Counted from the first letter of the whole stretch, positions 1 through 13,084 are shown. The stretch is 63,552 nt of DNA, filler included, from Globobulimina sp. (GCA_003354225.1; 50 parts of 50 records of this genome joined end to end with filler, not necessarily neighbours in it); one strand, 5' to 3'. Translations and numbers: made by a program. Notes: generated from the letters alone by a model not told the origin.

Positions 1-611
1 GACATTGGGCATTTAATGTCGGGCATTTAATGTTACCATACAGACAGTTTTGCGGAAAAGTTTTTAGACTGCCGCAAATCTGTTTCACAACTACAAAAGC
101 TCCACACTTATGTTCCGCAAAAAATGTGCCAACAAATGTGCACCTTTGGATTGTCGCAAATTATATAGGTTGATATCAGGGTATATAAGAATTGATAAAA
201 TGTCTTTTTGTTTTGCAATAATTTTTGATTTTTTGTGTTTATTAATTGGTTTAAAAAGCAAATATATGGATATTCTGATTAGTAAAGAAGTTCATTCATA
301 TTTAGGAATACTAATTGATAGATTTTAGGGAACGCCAAGTCGTGTTGCAAATTGTTGGGGATTTGATTTAAAATCAAAATGGTATTTCAATGCTAATGAG
401 TGCCTAAAATGTGGAGAGAAAAATGGCCTTAAATTTGTGTCCCGGTATCTCAATGATCCACAAACACTTCTTATGAGTGGTTATGCTCAGGGCCGCGATA
501 TAAAAAATAGAAAAGGAAAAATAAATACATATTACAACGATTGCAATGAATATAAATGTCGTTTTTGTAAATATTATATAGCACACAACATAATCTTTTG
601 GTAGCAATGAT

Positions 612-929
612 ATGAAGCTTTTGGTAGCAATGATATTATATAGCAAATATCTGGAATATGAATCTTTTGGTAGCAATGATCATAATTATTCCGATCGATT
701 TATACGAATTGGGCCAGTGTCCAAACCGCAAGAAAAAGAAAATGTAAATGATGTGCGTGTCATCAGAAACATGAGGATTAAATGCATAGAATGTCGGACA
801 GTAATGGAAATTACGGAAACTGGTCTTAAATATATAAATGGGGAAACTTTGTCCGGCCGTTTAGGTCGCCTCAAATTATATTGCAAAGACTGTGAATTGG
901 AAAGATTTCATTTCCATATTAATTACTGA
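612..929 (+). CDS. Hypothetical protein with two CxxC pairs (possible zinc ribbon); may be part of a degraded gene
   Basis: CIEC...CKDC; an upstream open stretch 329-603 has CLKC...CRFC. Confidence 0.3.
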   Translation: MKLLVAMILYSKYLEYESFGSNDHNYSDRFIRIGPVSKPQEKENVNDVRVIRNMRIKCIECRTVMEITETGLKYINGETLSGRLGRLKLYCKDCELERFHFHINY

Positions 930-1697
930 TCGATTTGACTTTTTAGGCTTAAACTTCTAAACACTTCTTTTGTGAGGGCGACTACAGGAGAGTGATTCCC
1001 CCACAACTGGCGACAAGTCGTGCACCAGGTGAAACCGTAGCATCTATTGACATTCATATAAATGTAAAGACTGGTATATATTTATTTATTAAAAGTCTTT
1101 GTTACAACTCATATATAACATGTGAATTTTAAAGCAAAAAGACTTATGGGATAGCAAAGCGTTTCTGGTTCATTNNNNNNNNNNNNNNNNNNNNNNNNNN
1201 NNNNNNNNNNNNNNNNNNTTAATTAATTAANNNNNNNNNNNNNNNNNNNNNNNNNNNNNNNNNNNNNNNNNNNNGGAACTGTTCGGAACTGCATTATTTA
1301 TTTTGGTCAACCCATACCTTAACGATATATTCACAAAGATAACCCCACCCGGCCCTGGTCGATAATTTGTATACATTTTTTTCAATTATCTGAGAAACGG
1401 TTTGTCTATAGATTTGTCTTGAATTTTCCGATGGGTTATCCAAAAAATATAAATCAACACTTTTTAATCGGTTGTGTGGCTTCGCACATCTGCAGCTCTG
1501 AATGAAGGGTTCATAATTTCATAATTGTATTACTTCAAATAATTAACAACAAAAATAGGAATAACACCTTGCTCTAAAACGCATTCAAGTTTTAAACTTT
1601 ACTCAAACCAATCCAAACCATTCCAAAGGTCTTTTTGAGAATTAGTAACGCAACGTAACACAAGCTATACTTCCGTAAACATGGGATTTCAAAATAG

Positions 1698-2215
1698 GTT
1701 ACCTTGATGGGGTTACAAATTTATTACTTTCATTATTTGGTGTAAAAGCGGAAAAATTTCCATTTTTAATTTTATTCTGTTCAATTTTATTATGGCAAAT
1801 ATCGTTTCTAGTCTCACAATTTAGTGCTGCATTAAAAAGAGAGAAAAGATGGGATAACCGCACACCAAGAAATATAGCAGAAAAAAAGAAAGGTTTACCA
1901 CACCGCGCTCAATCAGCACATTGTAATGAGATGGAACAATTTTCATTGACATTTATGTGTTTAATGGCATCATTATATTTAGGAAATGACATTGAATTTA
2001 TTAATTTTTGTCTTTCCGGATGGATATTGCATCGTATTCCATTTCATTTATGTTATTGGTTTAATGTGGATGCATTAAGGTCTTTTTCTTATGTTTGCTC
2101 ATTTCATTGTACGTTATTATTAATATTATCATGTGTTTATGATGTGGACACTGTTGATAATAATATCAAACAAATCTCATCGAGAATATTTGATAATATA
2201 TTAGCTGCATTTTAA
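1698..2215 (+). CDS. MAPEG-family membrane protein (3' exon)
   Basis: Frame open from a likely acceptor AG at 1696-97: WDNRTPR...RAQSAHCNEMEQF...HRIPFHLCYW...LRSFSY, the MAPEG pattern (DN..PR, RA..AH.N..E, R..Y..Y, RS). Confidence 0.7.
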
Positions 2216-2548
2216 TTAAACTCTATTTTTCAGAGATTTCTCTTTGTTAATTCGTGACTTCGTGCTATAAATTTGAGTTATTCGACAAACTTCAGTCTTC
2301 AGTATCAAAATCTTGCAATGTTTTCTTTATTATTTTCAGACTTCAGTCTTCATGTTTTTCTTGCAATGTTTTCTTTATTATTTTTAGAACTCGTAAATGT
2401 TGTGTGATCCAGTTATGTTCATGGCGGAGGAACAATAGCTGTGGGAGTNNNNNNNNNNNNNNNNNNNNNNNNNNNNNNNNNNNNNNNNNNNNTTAATTAA
2501 TTAANNNNNNNNNNNNNNNNNNNNNNNNNNNNNNNNNNNNNNNNNNNN

Positions 2549-3543
2549 CAATTATAGGTTTTATTGATAAATTCGACGATTTTATTCGCATTTAATATCT
2601 CTGCGGGCGCAGACTGTAAAGTTAATGTTGCGATGGATAAAATAAATAAAAAATCATAATTATTATTCTCCGGCGCATTATTGTTGGAGATATATGATAA
2701 TAATTGGGCAGTGCTGTCATATTTGGCTGATTTTAATAAATATTGAAATATAAACAATGGGTTATGTGATAAGATTGAGTTAATTAAATGAAATGTATTA
2801 TGATTTATATTACATAGTAATTGATTTAACAAAGTCTCATTGTTTATAATTCTTTTCATTGTCGAAATGTTGAATATTTCTAAACATTTTTCAATATCAA
2901 AGGAGTCAAAATGTTGTAAGAATTCTTGTGTGGATAAGGTATGTTTTATTTTGTGGTAAATACAATTTATATTTGTGTTTGTTTCAATATTTGAATGATA
3001 TTTATTTATTTCTAACAATGATAAGTATTCAAACATTTCTTTTAAAAATATCGGATTTGATTGAAATAAAAAATTTGTCATTACAAATTCAGATAAAATA
3101 CGACCATTTTTACGCGCGATTATCTCAATGAAATGTTTGCGATTTGGTGAGAATTCAAACAGTGATATGAATGGATGGAATAATATGGAATTATTATTAT
3201 TGTCTAAATCAAATATATTTACTCTACGAAGTGGATAATGTCTATGTGCTGAATTAGCAGAAATATGATGATTATTACAGTTATTTGAAATAATTCCATG
3301 ATATTCATTCATTAATTTTTCAAAATCTAAATGTTTATAATGGACATCAGTCAATGCAAGTAATAACGGGGAATAATCCTTTTTACGATTTGCAAATGAT
3401 TCAATAAGCACATATTGACTGCATTCAATTGGAAGTGGATAAAAAAATGTTAAATCTTTTATCATATGAGATAATTCTTGGTGCCATCTAGTTACTGTCC
3501 ATTTTTCGGTTGTCGACATTCTTTTTTTATCAAAGGTTAGCAA
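2549..3543 (-). CDS. Hypothetical protein, partial
   Basis: Over 330 open codons in AT-rich DNA; no family recognised. Confidence 0.55.
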
Positions 3544-5097
3544 ACCATGGCTGAGGATGTTAAGTATGGAAGTGTTTACTGTTTAGAAGGTACTAATATC
3601 AAACAAAAAAATGCAGCATTTATGCGCACATATGCAGAAGAATTTAATTAAACTAGTTTTAAAAATCATTGTCGCACCAAATTTTTTAACAATCATTGTC
3701 GCAGAATTAAACTTTAATGATTNNNNNNNNNNNNNNNNNNNNNNNNNNNNNNNNNNNNNNNNNNNNTTAATTAATTAANNNNNNNNNNNNNNNNNNNNNN
3801 NNNNNNNNNNNNNNNNNNNNNNGAACATTTAAGGGGTATACCCCTATTTCAAAATTTTTTTAAAATTTTAAATTTTTTTAAAAAAATTCAAATTTCCCGC
3901 CAAAATTGACAATGTACTAGCTTAGCTTTAGGACACTGTCTTACATATACTGTATTATATTGTATTAATTATTGTTTGTTTTAGCCACTTGGAAACGTTC
4001 AATGTTGTTTGGAATGGGAGAAGAGGAGCAGTATTAAATTATTGTTTGTTTTAGCTGCAAATAACATTATAAATATAACTATAATTAGTTTTATATTTAA
4101 TACAAAACCAAAAATACTGCATATTAATGCATATTATTTGAAATAATAGTGATATTTTCCAGTATTTTTTATATCAGATACAAAAGCTAAATACTGTGTA
4201 TTAATGCAGTTACATGAAACAATAGTGAAATAATATAGTAAAAAGAGAAATTTTAAGCAGGTTTTGTTCTGAGCTGTCAAATTTGATTGATGAGTAACAG
4301 GTCCCTGTCGAGAGGGTTCGATTTTAATCGTTTTCCAGTCGGCTAATATCACTGCCGTTGTGAGTAGTAATTTGTTCTTGTAGATTGCACGTTTTTGTTG
4401 TCTGGCCGATTGTTTCGGCTATATCAAATGTGTGCTGATCCTATCGCGGTTATTGGTCTGCATCAACTTAACTGGGATTAGATCAATATCCTGTTAAGTA
4501 TTTTCAGACCGCAACTTCGATAGGTTTACACATCGCAACTGTTATGTAAGTATATATTAGTTTGTTTTGTCTTAATAATCGATTAAGTAAGAAAACAGAT
4601 ACAAAAACAGTTTATTTTTAGTTTAGTTTTCTTCGCAAATCACTTTAAATAGGTATGTTGATTGGCAATGCACAGGAGGTCCCACCCACTCATTGCGTAG
4701 TTATCGATTTTTCAGCAGTTTAAATATGTTGCTTGGCATTGCACAAGAGGCCGCCGCGCACTCATGTCATGACTAGACAGTGTGAATGAATGAGTCATCA
4801 CTGGCTCGTATTAAATCCTTGGCTATTCTTATTATTGCTCCTTGGATCTTGTCACATTCGTCGAGACTTTGTCATTATCTGAAAGAGTTAACGAACGATG
4901 GAGGCAGACGAAATGAGTAGAAATGCGCAAAACAAATACATAAACGTTTTGGGAAACAGATTTCCAATTCACTCCAAATATGTAAGTGTTTTATTTNNNN
5001 NNNNNNNNNNNNNNNNNNNNNNNNNNNNNNNNNNNNNNNNTTAATTAATTAANNNNNNNNNNNNNNNNNNNNNNNNNNNNNNNNNNNNNNNNNNNNG

Positions 5098-5445
5098 ATA
5101 ACAATACAAATGGAACAAATGAACAAAACACATGTTATTGAACAAGTTAATATCGATTGCAATGCAAACACTAAGGACTTGGATTCCAATGGATTGCCAG
5201 CAATGGATGAAGAAGACAACAGTCACAGCCACAGTGTGGAATATATGTATACAAATATTGATAATGTGACTGTGGGGCAACATGCAACAAAGCAAGACGA
5301 TGGGAATAGTAGTACCGATGAAATGTATAACAATGTCAATACAAAAACACATACAGCATCAGCAGGGATTATAGAAGATGAACATGCTCAGCACAATACT
5401 GCAAAAGAGGGATATACTCAACGCAATACTCTTGGTTCAGTTTGA
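5098..5445 (+). CDS. Acidic low-complexity C-terminal fragment of a hypothetical protein
   Basis: Open from contig edge to stop; D/E/N/T-rich. Confidence 0.4.
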   Translation: MTIQMEQMNKTHVIEQVNIDCNANTKDLDSNGLPAMDEEDNSHSHSVEYMYTNIDNVTVGQHATKQDDGNSSTDEMYNNVNTKTHTASAGIIEDEHAQHNTAKEGYTQRNTLGSV

Positions 5446-5652
5446 CAAAAATATATGTTTTTCAGTATGGATATATTGGGAGCAATTTCAATCTGTATAT
5501 AGTATTTGACATTATTTATTAAGGGTGTTGATCCGTTATTTTTTTGATGTTTTTAACCACTTTTTGTTTCTGATGTTTTCTATCATTTACAAACGAATAA
5601 ATTTTGTGTGTGCAAGGAGAAAATAAATGCTGTTCTAAAGTATTATGTCATA

Positions 5653-5985
5653 TTATGCAATGGCTTCTATTCTTACTCGCTCTGAGGGCGCCTCTACTGA
5701 GTTTGCAGAGTGTACCTGTACTTTGAAAAAGTTTTGGTGGACTTTGTCAGGAACGATGGACAATCCATGTTTATCAATTTTGCACCAATCAATGAATAAG
5801 CAGCCATTGGTACCTTCGTGTATTGGCTTAGAATACAGCTTAATATCAACAATAAACTGTTGCACACAAAATAAAAACGTATCTCCATCTCGTTTTGCAA
5901 TCCAATCCATTGATGTAGCGGATGTGTTGATTTTTATTTTATTTGCAACAGTTTGCGAGGGGAGGAAGGAAATCGGTGGTCCCAC
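5653..5985 (-). CDS. Hypothetical protein fragment
   Basis: 110-aa ORF with protein-like composition. Confidence 0.3.
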   Translation of the reverse strand: MGPPISFLPSQTVANKIKINTSATSMDWIAKRDGDTFLFCVQQFIVDIKLYSKPIHEGTNGCLFIDWCKIDKHGLSIVPDKVHQNFFKVQVHSANSVEAPSERVRIEAIA

Positions 5986-6370
5986 CCATCGCTATTATAA
6001 TCTATAATTATTATCCGATCATATAAATCCATTCTTTTCTGCAGTATATTTTCTATGCCATGCAAAGATTTCTTATATTTTGATCTTCTAAACAATGGAA
6101 TAACAAATTCAAACTTAAAAAATAGCTCGTGATGACGCTCTGCGCTCAAAAGTGGATCCAGAGTCAGCAGATAGTACCAATTGAAATACATTTCAATCAA
6201 AATTATATTAAAAAATGAAACATAAGAATTACTGCCAACAAATACAATGGAATCAAAGTGATTGTCTTCANNNNNNNNNNNNNNNNNNNNNNNNNNNNNN
6301 NNNNNNNNNNNNNNTTAATTAATTAANNNNNNNNNNNNNNNNNNNNNNNNNNNNNNNNNNNNNNNNNNNN

Positions 6371-6491
6371 TTCTTTTGTGATTGGCAAGGTTTTCAACCT
6401 AGTATTCGAAGTTGACCTAGTATTCGAATCCTAGTATTCAAAGTTGAAAACCACTTTAGCTAACCCAAAAACCTTGCCAAACACAAAAGAA
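6371..6491. mobile_element. MITE-like element: 24-bp terminal inverted repeats around three CCTAGTATTC repeats
   Basis: ttcttttgtgattggcaaggtttt (6371-6394) vs aaaaccttgccaaacacaaaagaa (6468-6491), 23/24 complementary. Confidence 0.55.
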
Positions 6492-6551
6492 GTATTTAGA
6501 AGTGTGAACATAAAAAGTCAATTGTATCAATCAAAACAATTTGTCTCACAT

Positions 6552-7133
6552 TTAACGTATTTTCTTCTCCATCTCTTTTTTTATAATAGTTGGAATGTTT
6601 ACATTCCAAACGTTTGCTCCTAAGACATAATAGAATATTGGCAATGTCATATTCACAGTTTCTTCATATTTACATTTTTTCCTCGATTTCCCGTTTACAT
6701 CAACAATTTTTAATTTTGCTGCAAACTTTACTCCATAAAGAATGGGTATGTATGCATCCAATATAATTGCTTTTGTTGTTGAATTTGTTTTTATATTTAA
6801 ATCAAATCTGGTTGGAAATCCAGCGATTTCTTCATAAACCTCCAATGTTAGTTTCTTTTTACTTTGTTTAGTGACTGTGGCTGAACTAATCTTTGGATGC
6901 ATGCCGGCCCAAAATAATCCAGTATCTGTCTGTTGAGTGATATAATTATAAACCTGTGTTGATGATTTATTTATTGTTATATCTTTTTTCTTTGTGATTG
7001 ATATTGGCAATAAACTGACAACTAAGACCGCACCAATTGACCCAGCTACAATCGCTACCTTTGTCCAAAGTTGTGCCTTTGTTGGCTGCTGTTTTTCCAC
7101 TGCAAACAACGACAAAAATTGTTTCAAAGCCAT
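6552..7133 (-). CDS. Membrane-anchored protein, possible SRPBCC/START-like domain
   Basis: Complete 193-aa ORF; N-terminal TM helix, then ITINKSSTQVYNYIT...WAGMHPKI. Confidence 0.5.
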   Translation of the reverse strand: MALKQFLSLFAVEKQQPTKAQLWTKVAIVAGSIGAVLVVSLLPISITKKKDITINKSSTQVYNYITQQTDTGLFWAGMHPKISSATVTKQSKKKLTLEVYEEIAGFPTRFDLNIKTNSTTKAIILDAYIPILYGVKFAAKLKIVDVNGKSRKKCKYEETVNMTLPIFYYVLGANVWNVNIPTIIKKEMEKKIR

Positions 7134-7230
7134 TGTTAAACTATAGTTAAGAAAAAAAAAACTTTAAATCAAACCCAAAATTATTTATCTACACTATATC
7201 AATACACTGTCATTATCCAAACTATCAGTT

Positions 7231-7544
7231 TTGTTGTATACCTGGACCAGATATAAAGTGGTCTTCGGTATCTTCTTTATCATCACTGCATTTTTCAACT
7301 CTATCAGTTTGTGGTACCGTTTCAACATAAATACTATTCCGGTTTCTCCTGATACATTTAAAACATTTCAGATCGTCTTTTGTGGACTCAATGCTGCTCT
7401 ATATAGTGTGTATACAATTCATTTTTCTTTTTTTTATCAAGAAAATGCAATGTATCATTTATTAACTGTTGTTTTATTAATTTCAGAAACATTTTTCCGA
7501 TTAAAATTTGATTCACAATCAGTCACTGATCCTTTTTCTGCGCT
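7231..7544 (+). CDS. Multi-pass membrane protein fragment
   Basis: Three hydrophobic segments; open to contig end. Confidence 0.35.
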
Positions 7545-7644
7545 NNNNNNNNNNNNNNNNNNNNNNNNNNNNNNNNNNNNNNNNNNNNTTAATTAATTAA
7601 NNNNNNNNNNNNNNNNNNNNNNNNNNNNNNNNNNNNNNNNNNNN

Positions 7645-8553
7645 CAATCTCTTGTTCTTCTTCACCAGAAAACATGATTCACAAAATTTAAAACTTTTGC
7701 GACTTTGTTTTATAATACTTTAGTCACATTTAATCCGTCTGACAGATTGGGAGTGAATGAGAAGATGTATTACAGTGATTTAAATAGTTATGATTGGTTT
7801 GAGAACAGATATTTATTTCGCATTTTATTCACATTAACAATTATAGTGATGATTAATAGTGAAACAAGTTCGAATTCGTTTAAAAGATCTATAAAATATA
7901 TGATGTGTTCAACATTATTTGGAGAAATTGTATCATTTTTATGTATTATATTTAAATTTCATTCTTCAGAAAAAACAGAACATGCAAGATCTGATACAAT
8001 TATTCATAAATTATTTGTTGATTTAGTATTTATGACATTTAATTGTTCTGTATGCTATGCAATGGCAACGTATTTACAATTGAATAAAAACATATTATTA
8101 AGAATGTGGTACGCGGCAATTGGAATAACTTTGATATTTTTGATATTTCATACATTGTTGGTAAATAATTTTGGTCGTTTGAATTATGTCATTTATGCAG
8201 CAATCTCCATTTATTCGTTGAAATTATTGTTTCAAATAAGACGTAAACATAAGGTGTTATTTAAACACAATGCTCCGTCATTTATTGCCAGATTGATTAA
8301 ATTGGAATGTTTTATATTATGTTTTAGCTGTATTGTGTATCCAATATCAATTTATAAACAACGTTACCAAATAACACCTGCTGAAGATAACAAATTCAAA
8401 TATGATTTGATGTTATATATTATGGATCAATGTCGAATTTCCATTTCATGTTCATTTTTATTGAAAATGTATACATTTGTTATCGAATGGGGTGGAAAAG
8501 CGTCGCAAAAGGTTTATGATGATAGTGACAGTGATATCGCTCCTGAAGAATAA
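7645..8553 (+). CDS. Multi-pass membrane protein, 5'-partial
   Basis: About 300 open codons, 6-7 hydrophobic helices, acidic tail. Confidence 0.55.
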
Positions 8554-8920
8554 ATATATAACGTACACTTTTTGTAAACAATTAATTAATTCATGCTTGC
8601 TTCTCATAAGATATTAATTATGATCGATGACTAGCTTTATAATACTCAGTACGTGATAAGTTGTCACGGAGTAAGCTATTGGAGTTTTCACGGAGTGAGC
8701 TAGTCACCGACATATATACCGTGCTAATGTCCATCAAACGGCACTGGAAACGACTAATTATTGGATTCGGATTCACACTCATTGTGAATTTTGTGATGTT
8801 GATGTTGACTCAAAATGCNNNNNNNNNNNNNNNNNNNNNNNNNNNNNNNNNNNNNNNNNNNNTTAATTAATTAANNNNNNNNNNNNNNNNNNNNNNNNNN
8901 NNNNNNNNNNNNNNNNNNCC

Positions 8921-10092
8921 TCTAACCTTTATCTCTCCTCCCATGATCCTTACAAACTTCCGCCATTCCCGGATTTTTCTAGTAATTCCTCGTTACAACT
9001 GCCCGTTGTACCGCTGCAGGACCAAATATCGGCTCAATTATATGAAAGAAAAGACAGATTTGGTACCTATATTAATTATGGTTTTGGCGTTCCATTTTCA
9101 TACTGGGAAGATTGGGATATTTATCCATTTGTAGAAGCAAAATACAACAACCTGAAAGATGAAATATTGCACAATACCATATATCCACTGCCAATCAATA
9201 GATTTACTGACATATATACAAAAGGACAAGAATTGCATGTCAAAATTGACACTATTTTAGGTAACGGAGACAAAAATACCCCCTTTGCGCGTAACAGAAC
9301 CCACTGGAATAATTATTGTCAAATTGCAGCAAATACTCCCATATCATTGCAACATTTGCTATCCATATTATTCTATACCGATTTATCGGCGCTCCCAATG
9401 AAAATGAAGATTGTTTGCAGGAAAAAAGGCAGCCATGAAACAGTGGAAGATGTCAAAAAAAGGCATGTTGAGTTTGTACATTGGCTCAAATCTTTAACTG
9501 AGACCTTAATATTTTATGGCAATCGGTTATCACATTCCGACTCTCCAATTTACCACGGTCTGAGCGCCAGATTCTTGTTTGATCAGTTTAAGGTATTTTA
9601 TTTCCAACAAAACTCTTTGCAACGTGCAAATTAATATTACTATTATAATTAGGCGCGATTTCATATTCCAACGTCGACGACCACTGATCGAGGACAAGCG
9701 GCGTGTTTTGCAGGCGATGATGGCATAGTTTTGGAGTTTGGAGGCTTGGAAAGTGCCGGCGATCCCTACTTTGACGTTGCATCGATTTCTGCCTATCCGC
9801 ACGAGAAAGAATACTTATTTTTTCGCGCAGAGTTGAACATTGTCAGTGTGCGCATTGCGGCGAACCTGTTTTCTATGGCTCCTTTGTCATTGTACCAATC
9901 CATCATTAATGGCTCCATTATCATCGATAAAGTGTTGGCTCCCAAAGATAAGAAAGATAAGAAAAAGAAAAAGAAAAAAAGCAAAACGCCTTACGAGAAA
10001 ACGCAGCGTGCTTTGGATAAGTTATTGGCAGAAATTGACCAAAGAAAAAGTAGAAACAGCGACGATGAGCAGGATGAGGACAAAAATGATGA
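8921..10092 (+). CDS. ADP-ribosyltransferase-fold protein (cholera-toxin-like S-T-T and E-x-E motifs, His in place of Arg); intron 9593-9652
   Basis: Spliced: LFYTD...IYHGL...FK|ARFHIPTSTTTD...ACFAGDDGIVLEF...SAYPHEKEYLFF; 60-nt GT-AG phase-0 intron removes the stop. Confidence 0.7.
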
Positions 10093-10193
10093 NNNNNNNN
10101 NNNNNNNNNNNNNNNNNNNNNNNNNNNNNNNNNNNNTTAATTAATTAANNNNNNNNNNNNNNNNNNNNNNNNNNNNNNNNNNNNNNNNNNNNG

Positions 10194-11161
10194 CAGTGTA
10201 TAGATTTGATTAAAAATATCAAAAACGATGTCGATGGTTATAACTACAGCAAACCTGTGATTATTGTGGTGACAAAATGCGATTTAAGTCCTCAGAAACA
10301 CCAATTAACGGAAGGGGATATTGCTGAGTTTGCAGTGGATATTTGTTCGCCATTTCTGCTCACTTCGCCCGGTTTGTTTTATCTTGCTGGATTTGCGACG
10401 ATTTGCAAAGTGTTTCTGTGTACTTTTCAGATGATTTTAAGACGCCATTTAACAGAGCCATTGCAGCCATACGCGGCTATTGCACACCGTTGGCATTTAT
10501 GTGTATGAATGACGCGGCGCAGCAATGCCATGCAATGGCGCAGAGTTTGAATGGCAAATATTTATATTGCGGCTATTGGAATGGCAGCATACGTATTTGG
10601 GATATCGAGACTTGTATTTGTATCGCGATTGTGGCGTATCACAGTGAGCGTATTTACAAAATCAAGGAGCATTGGATTACGCTGAGGAGGCAATGGTGGA
10701 AGCCATGCAAATATCTGATCACTTGCGCAGGCGACCTGTGCTGTGCGTGGTTGTTATTTGGCAAAGCAGCGACAGATGATTTCTATGGCATTGTCAATGC
10801 GGAGAATGTGGTGAATAATCATAACAAACCATTGTACATTAACTGTCCACGCTTTGTATTCAAACACGAAGCGCGCATTCGATCGTTTTGTATTTGTAAT
10901 AGCAACACACTGTGCACGGTTGGGGACGATAAGAAAATGAAACTGTGGTCGTTGATTGATGGGAAGTTGCTGTATGATTCCGGGCAGCAACAATTGGACG
11001 TGTTAAATCAAGTGGTGTACGTCAAGGAATATGATAAGTTATTTGTTGCAGCAAGCAACAATTGTGTATACTCATGGGAAATGCGCAAAGCTCTTGGTTT
11101 GTTGTTGAACATCTTTTTTTCAGTGGAAAAATGGGCGAAATCTCCAGAACTAATTATTTGA
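10194..11161 (+). CDS. Ras-like small GTPase C-terminal half fused to WD40 repeats; intron 10372-10430
   Basis: G4-like IIVVTKCDL and G5-like FLLTSP; 59-nt intron joins to the frame with GSIRIWD and DDKKMKLWS. Confidence 0.6.
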
Positions 11162-11466
11162 ACACAAATGAGAGAATAAATGCCGTCGTACATTAAGGCG
11201 GTGATAATGAAAAACAACTTATTATTTGAATATCAATGGGCGAAATCCCAAGAACTAATTATTATGAGACGGCATACGGAGCGCCGCAGACAAAAACCAA
11301 GCGTGGCCATAGCACCGTGGACAGTGGCAACATACAAATCTATTCTTGTGATGATAGCTCAAAGAGNNNNNNNNNNNNNNNNNNNNNNNNNNNNNNNNNN
11401 NNNNNNNNNNTTAATTAATTAANNNNNNNNNNNNNNNNNNNNNNNNNNNNNNNNNNNNNNNNNNNN

Positions 11467-12350
11467 TAAACAAAACATCTGAATTCTAAATCATTTCGAA
11501 GTCTTTTTTCCCATTTCCTGATCGCAATCGATACATTGCAAATTTCCCATTTTTCTCCGTTCCATTCCAAAGAGCTTTCATCCTCTTTAATATCATTCTT
11601 TTTTTCGTCATAATCACAAAGTGTTTCTGATTGTAAACTAAATTGATTGTAAAACAAATATTTATACGGATATTTATGCGCATTTATGACTGCGGACATA
11701 TCTGAAAATATTCTCTCCGAAGACAGTAACAATTCCATTGCATCATTCCCGTTATCTACAAATAAATCCTTTGCTGAATGTCTACAAAATTCAATAAATC
11801 GGACATTTGCATCTTTTGCTGACTTTTCTTCCTTATGTTTATGTTCATACTTATCGTCATTTTTATGTGTATGTATTTTATGTCCATCCTTTGGACTTCG
11901 ATTTGAAAATCGAATAAAAACGCCTTTATCTTGAGGTTTATCGTTATTATCATACCATTCTTTAATACAAAATGAAATTTGTTTGTCGAGGATTTGATGT
12001 AATTCACGTAAAGTATTAACAATATTTGTATTTAGTGTTTCAATGTTTGCATTGGAATACTTATACTGATAAAATGACATTATTGATTGGGCATATTTTG
12101 GAGGAATTGATATAAATTTGGTATCAAATGTTAATTCAGAAACATATGGATACCATACATCAATATTAAAGTCAATGTGTTTTAGTGTTGATTCAAACTT
12201 ATTTCTGCTGTAATACTCTTTGTTTTGATCTTTGAAATAATGCTTAATTTGCTTTGGATAAAATTTAACTGTGTCAGAGTACATATATCCTCCATAAACA
12301 CCTGAACTCAATGATGGTTTATATGCATCCAACCACAACTTCGAAGACAT
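11467..12350 (-). CDS. Cdc123/D123-like ATP-grasp protein, 3'-partial
   Basis: FIRFSNRSPKD, LLLSSERIFSD, IRKW...EFRCFV motifs. Confidence 0.8.
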
Positions 12351-13084
12351 AAGCTAAAGTTTTTTTTGTTGTGGTAAAAACATTTAAATCTTTACATCTT
12401 TACATCTGAAAAGCATGGCAAATAAGCAGGTTCCCCTGATGTCTGTCATCAAAAAAGTAAAACAAATGGCAAATTACAGTTAACAAACCTACATTTTCAC
12501 CATCTCTCATTAATTGAATAATAGCAACCATGAAAAACAAATAAAACAACAGACAGTGAAGCAAAGAAATATGCAGCAAAACACAATTTAGATATTGTGA
12601 GTATATCATGGGAAGACAACGCGCGTTTTAAAAACTCTATNNNNNNNNNNNNNNNNNNNNNNNNNNNNNNNNNNNNNNNNNNNNTTAATTAATTAANNNN
12701 NNNNNNNNNNNNNNNNNNNNNNNNNNNNNNNNNNNNNNNNACTTTGCTCGATTTTACACCAAATTCATGTTATAATATCTTCGGCATATTAGTTATGATA
12801 TTTTGTGGCATTAATTCACATTCTTCGCTGTTTTCCAATTTCAATAATGAATCCATACTCAATTTCTCTCGTTTTGCAGTGGGCTGTATACGACAATATC
12901 TTTGGCATTCCATTGATTATATTCATAGGCATACGACGTAATTTCGTCAATGTATCCATGCCGAATTTCGCTCTGTTTGCGTGTGAATTTGGTAGCGACT
13001 GAAGACCTGTTCGACAGGATTCTTAAAAAAAATGAAAAACTCTGTCAAACTGAATGACAATTCAGTACATATCGGAGACCCCTA

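Noticed and set aside
2290-2387. Two-copy ~50-nt direct repeat (similar pairs at 3962-4055 and 4654-4767)
   Set aside because: Simple local duplications with only two units and no spacer pattern
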